Assembly: GCA_030390025.1 (NCBI GenBank) | Contig: CM059432.1 | Coordinates: forward strand, 49,540,001 to 49,604,000 | Reading direction: 5' to 3' | Source of the DNA: Squalus acanthias | Lineage: Eukaryota | DNA length: 64,000 bases | In this document: positions 59,078 through 64,000 of the stretch, piece after piece | How the letters are laid out: the number at the start of each line of letters is the position of its first letter | Numbering within the stretch: the first letter of the stretch is position 1 | The notes under the pieces: model-generated | The model's input: the letters and a program-made list of their open reading frames with translations, nothing else | Databases searched by the model: none | What the model was told of the DNA's origin: nothing | Made by a program: the position numbers and the translations under genes

Positions 59078-60347
59078 CCTGGCATCCCACAGCTACCTGG
59101 ACTACACTTCCTCCCACCACGCTTCCTGTAAGGACTCTATTCCATTCTCCCAGTTTCTCTGTATCCGCCGCATCTGCTCTGACGATGCCACCTTCCATAA
59201 TAGTGCTTCCAACATGTCTTCCTTTTTCCTCAAACGAGGATTCCCCTCTACCGTGGTTGACATGGCCCTTGAACGTGTCTGTTCTATTTCCCACACTTCT
59301 GCTCTCACCCCTTCCCCTCCCTCCCGGAACCACAATAAAGTTCCCCTTGTCCTCACCTTTCACCCCACCAGCCTCCACATTCAACGGATCATCCTCCGCC
59401 ATTTCCGCCACCCCCAGCGTGATCCCACCACCAAACATATCTTCCCCTCACCGTCCCTTTCAGTATTCCATAGGGACTGTTCCCTCCGCGACACCCTAGT
59501 CCACTCCTCTATCATCCCCCAACACCCTTTCCCCTTCGCCCAGCACCTCCCCGTGCAAGTGCAGGAGATGCAACACATGCCCTTTTACCTCCACCCTTCC
59601 CACTGTCCAGGGCCCCAAACACTCCTTCCAGGTGAAACAGTGATTTACTTGCTGTATTCGCTGCTCATGATGTGGTCTCCTCTACATTGGGGAGACCAAA
59701 CACAGATTGGGTGACCGCTTTGCGGAACACCTCCGTTCAGTTCGTAAGGGTGACCCCGAGCTTCTGGTCGCCTGTCACTTTAATTCTCCGCTCCACTCCC
59801 ACTCAGACCTCACCGTCCTCGGCTTCTTACACTGTTCCAATGAAGCTCAACGTAAGCTCGAGGAACAGCACCTGATCTTTCGATTAGGCACTTTACAGCC
59901 TTCTGGACTCAACATAGAGTTCAACAATTGCAGACCATAACCTCTGCCCCTATCTTTTTTTTCCCATTTATTTATTTATTTATTTCTCTCTCCCACATGG
60001 CAGCTGTCTTTCATTCTGCCAGTGCCATTTACACTTCTCTAGAGCCATCTTTTGTCCCATTACCATCTCCGTTTGCCTTGCACCATCTCTTAATCTCTCT
60101 TAATGTCTCTTAATCTCTCCTGCCTTCCATTCCATCACAGACCTTCCCTTTTGTTCTTTCCTCCCCTCCCCCCTTTCCCTGCCCCAACACTTGCTTACAA
60201 TCTGTTACATCTCCAGCTTTTTCCAGTTCTGACGAAGGGTCATCGACCTGAAACATTTACTCTGTTTCTCTCTCCTGACCTGCTGAGTATTTCCAGCATT
60301 TTCTGTTTTTATTTCAGATTTCCAGCATCCGCAGTATTTTGCTTTTG
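59078..60347 (+). mobile_element. Penelope-like element (family A), second 5'-truncated copy
   Basis: Colinear with 55590-56640 plus 58242-58499; mutated hammerhead at 60225-60261. Confidence 0.93.
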
Positions 60348-62476
60348 TAAGAGGAATGGGTTGCTGGGCTGTCAAGCCCTTCTGCCATCATTTGCATGTG
60401 GTTAGGCAGACAAGTAGCAGCCATTCCAGTTTGCCTCTCTGTGGGGTGGAGGAAAATTGTACAGAAAGCTTTTCAGGGTGGGGATTCGGTGGTGCACCGC
60501 CTCACCCAATCTGGAGAACAGGGAGGCCCCACAGAGAAGCAACAAAATTGAATTTCAGGGTGACATATGACCTGTTGGGGGAAACATTACAAACGTTAAA
60601 TATAAGTTAAATATAAAAAATGAAGTTTAAAAGCTAAAGAACTTACCTCGACAGTAGGAATCCATTATGACATTGATTCAGAGCTGAGGAGAGGGCCCAG
60701 AAATGTTATGCTGTGTCCATTTTACAGGCAGAATACAGACGCCTAAAGGTTCAAAATTGTGAGTGGCGTGCGTGCGCTTATTCTGCACTGAATGCACGTT
60801 GCCCGCTATATTGGTTTCTTAAAAGATGGAAACAAGGATAATCTACACTATGTATTTATTTTTTCTTTGTTTAGTTAATTGTGCACTTGTTATAGTGATA
60901 GATACAACTGTTGGGAAATACTAATCTTCCATTTCAGAGATCCAGTGTCAGGATTAGGAATTCTCACAGTTCGACATAAAGTGAAGTTCCTCCTACTGTG
61001 TCCCAAGAATGTGCCTGAGGCCCAGTTGAAGAAAAGCACCCCTACTGCACCAGTGTACCATTCCAACACTAAGCATCCTGTGATGTCTCTGACTGAGATT
61101 CTTGCTTTAGTGCTACCTTAGGGGCAGATTTGTGCTGTGGGCCCATGTGCACTAGGACCTGGATTGAGACAACCATAACTTATTACATGTTGGACCCTTA
61201 CAGCCAGAGTAAGCTTTCATTGCATCTGTTTGGGCTGGTTTTGTGCCCAGGTACCAGAGGTGAAAGGCCGGCATCTAACTCACTACACCACACTGTACCA
61301 AATATTATTAAGGACCAGAAATCAATAGTTAATAAATTATTGCAGGGGTTAATATTTTAGCTCATTCTGTTAAGGCTGCCAAATAGTTCCATGTGAAATA
61401 AAAGTAGAAGGGACCACAAAATGCAATATTTAATAAGATAACACTGCAACTGATGACATCAGCATAGATTGCCAACATATTATTTAAAATAAAACAAAAT
61501 GAGAGAGCTTAAAAGGCATAAATTCAGGAACGATGAATGTAACATTTGGACAGTAACAAGCAACTAGAGTTGGTCCATTCTTTTGAGTTGTAGGAGATAC
61601 CACATGTATGGGCATAGAAAGGTGAGTGACTGACAAAGAAAGTATTTAGGGTGGAGTTACAGGCACCGTAATATATGATGATCACGATGATAACATCTGG
61701 AATCAATCCACTTAGATTGGAAACAGTGAAGACATCATGACAGGGAAATTTATCATGTTTTACTCCTGGGATCCAATGCAGAACCCAAAAATAGACCTCT
61801 TCTATTAGCAGTTTATGAGATTCATATGGTCTGCCTTAGCCTGGGTGACTGCACTCTCACCAATATGCCAATGACTAGCACTATAGATATTCTAGTTTCA
61901 TCTACCCAGTCTAGGCTGAATATAGAACAAATCAGAAAACACATATTACTGAAGACCAATTTAGTCATACAATGTTATCATTATGAGATTAACTTACTTA
62001 TTTAGTCTGTCCCTTATGTTCATGATGTATAAGAAGAAGGTAGGCAGTGGGATGTCTGCTTGGATTGATTCAGTACAGAGCAGCTTTTTAGCAAGATTAA
62101 CTCAAAATTGAACACTAGGACAATTTTTTTTTCTGTATCAAAAGAAATTTCCGTATCAAAAGAAATTGTCAGTGTAACTCTTGGCACTCAAGGAGGTATG
62201 TCATGGTAGATAGAAATTATGTAAATATAGGATACTGTGTTATAAGGTAGCAAAAAGAAACAGGGTTCTGGTGAAAAACTAATACAAAAGATAGTAAACA
62301 AAGGAAGTGGGGACTGGTAGTTAAAGTGCGAGAGAAAGATAATGGCCCAAAATTTGCGGTCCTGATGACAGTGAACTGGCAGTGTTTGCCATCATTTCAC
62401 CTTTGAAACTGACGGCAACTTCAGGATTTAGTGCAAGCGCAGCCTAACGCAGAAATCCTGAAGTTTAAAAAAAATT

Positions 62477-64000
62477 CATTTATGGGATGTGGGCGTCGCT
62501 GGCAAGACCAGCATTTATTGCCCATCCCTAATTGCCCTTGAGAAGGTGGTGGTGAGCTGCTTTCTTGAACCACTGCAGTCCATGTGATGAAGCTACTCCC
62601 ACAGTGCTGTTAGGTAGGGAGTTCCAGGATTTTGACCCAGCGACGATGAAGGATCGGCGATATACTTCCAAGTCAGGATGGTGTGTGACTTGGAGGGGAA
62701 CTTGGAGGTGGTGGTGTTCCCATGCGTCTGCTGCCCTTGTCCTTCTAGGTGGAAGAGGTCGCGGGTTTGGGAGGTGCTGCCAAAGAAGCCTTGGCGAGTT
62801 GCTGCAGTGCATCTTGCAGATGGTAAACACTGCAGCCACGGTACACCAGTGGTGGAAGGAGTGAATGTTTAAGGTGGTCGATGGGGTGCCAATCAAGCGG
62901 GCTGCTTTGTCCTGGATGGTGTTGAGCTTCTTGAGTGTTGTTGGAGCTGCACTCATCCAGGCAAGTGGAGAGTATTCCATCACACTCCTGACTTGTGCCT
63001 TGTAGATGGTAGAAAGTCTTTGGGGAGTCAGGAGGTGAGACACTCGCCACAGAATACCTAGCCTCTGACCTGCTCTTGTTGCCACAGTATTTATGTGGCT
63101 GGTCCAGTTAAGTTTCTGGTCAATGGTGACCCCCAGGATGTTGATGGTGGGGGATTCGGCGATTGTAATGCCATTGAATGTCAAGGGGCGGTGGTTAGAC
63201 TCTCGCTTGTTGGAGATAGTCATTGCCTGGCACTTCTGTGGCGCGAATGTTACCTGCCACTTATCAGCCCAAGCCTGAACGTCATTCACATCTTGTTGCA
63301 TGCGGGCATGGACTGCTTCATTATCTGAGGAGTTGTGAATGGTGCTGAACACTGTGCAGTGATCAGCGAACATCCCCATTTCTGACCTTATGTTGGAGGG
63401 AAGGTCATTGATGAAGCAGCTGAAGATAGTTGGGCCTAGGACACTGCCCGGAGGAACTCCTGCAGCGATGTCCCGGGGCTGTGATGATTGACCTTCAATC
63501 ACCACAATCATCTTCCTTTGTGCTAGGTATGACTCTAGCCAGTGAAGAGTTTTCCCCCAATTCCCATTGACTTCAATTTTGCAGGGGCTCCTTCGTGCCA
63601 CACTCGCTCAAATGCTGCCTTGATGTTAAGGGCAGTCACTCTCACTCTCCTCTGGAATTCAGCTCCTTTGTCCATGTTTGGACCAAGGCTGTAATGAGGT
63701 CGGGAGCCGAGTGGTCTTGGCGGAACCCAAACTGGGCATCAGTGAGCAGGTTATTGGTGAGTAATTGCCGCGTGATAGCACTGTCGATGACACCTTCCAT
63801 CACGTTGCTGATGATTGAGAGTAGACTGATGGGGCGGTAATTGGCCTGGATTGGATTTGTCCTGCTTTTTGTGGACTGGGCAGGACATACCTGGGCAGTT
63901 TTCCACATTGTCGGATAGATGCCAGTATTGTAGCTGTACTGGAACAGCTTGGCTAGAGGCGCGGCTAGTTCTGGAGCACAAGTCTTCAGCACGATAGCCG
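62477..64000 (-). mobile_element. Second LINE family (CR1/L2 group); RT region runs off the window end
   Basis: LKTCAPELAAPL, NYRPISLLS, QFGFR, GVPPGSVLGP, FADH and YKAQVRSVMEYSPLAW, with frameshifts. Confidence 0.92.

Noticed and set aside
1..64000. Prokaryotic systems (CRISPR arrays, retrons, operons)
   Set aside because: No repeat-spacer arrays or gene-dense operons; all RT ORFs are eukaryotic non-LTR or Penelope types.

Overview
Eukaryotic, vertebrate-type DNA made up almost entirely of nested transposable elements. The repeat mix suggests a cartilaginous fish such as a shark; this is inference, not a database result. I found no host protein-coding exon that I can support. LINEs: many CR1 copies (one uninterrupted ORF2 at 8-2503, one near-intact ORF2 at 29986-32796, two with esterase-type ORF1 remnants), a second CR1/L2-group family, L2 3' ends and a fragmented RTE-X element. 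Other retroelements: tRNA-headed SINEs and two families of Penelope-like elements (PLEs) carrying minimal hammerhead ribozyme motifs, including two TSD-flanked, ORF-less palindromic mini-elements. DNA transposons: a diverse PIF/Harbinger set, including a full-length 4.2 kb element (45269-49501) with a decayed DDE transposase and a convergent 3-exon Myb/SANT gene. Main observations: (i) three Harbinger derivatives have independently lost the ~1 kb DDE core while keeping both gene ends; (ii) twin-hammerhead PLE hairpins whose 3' junctions fall at two discrete positions; (iii) a young CR1 with a tandem old+new 3' end; (iv) multi-level nests whose insertion order can be read from TSDs. Boundaries were placed by eye and are approximate unless a TSD or TIR is quoted.
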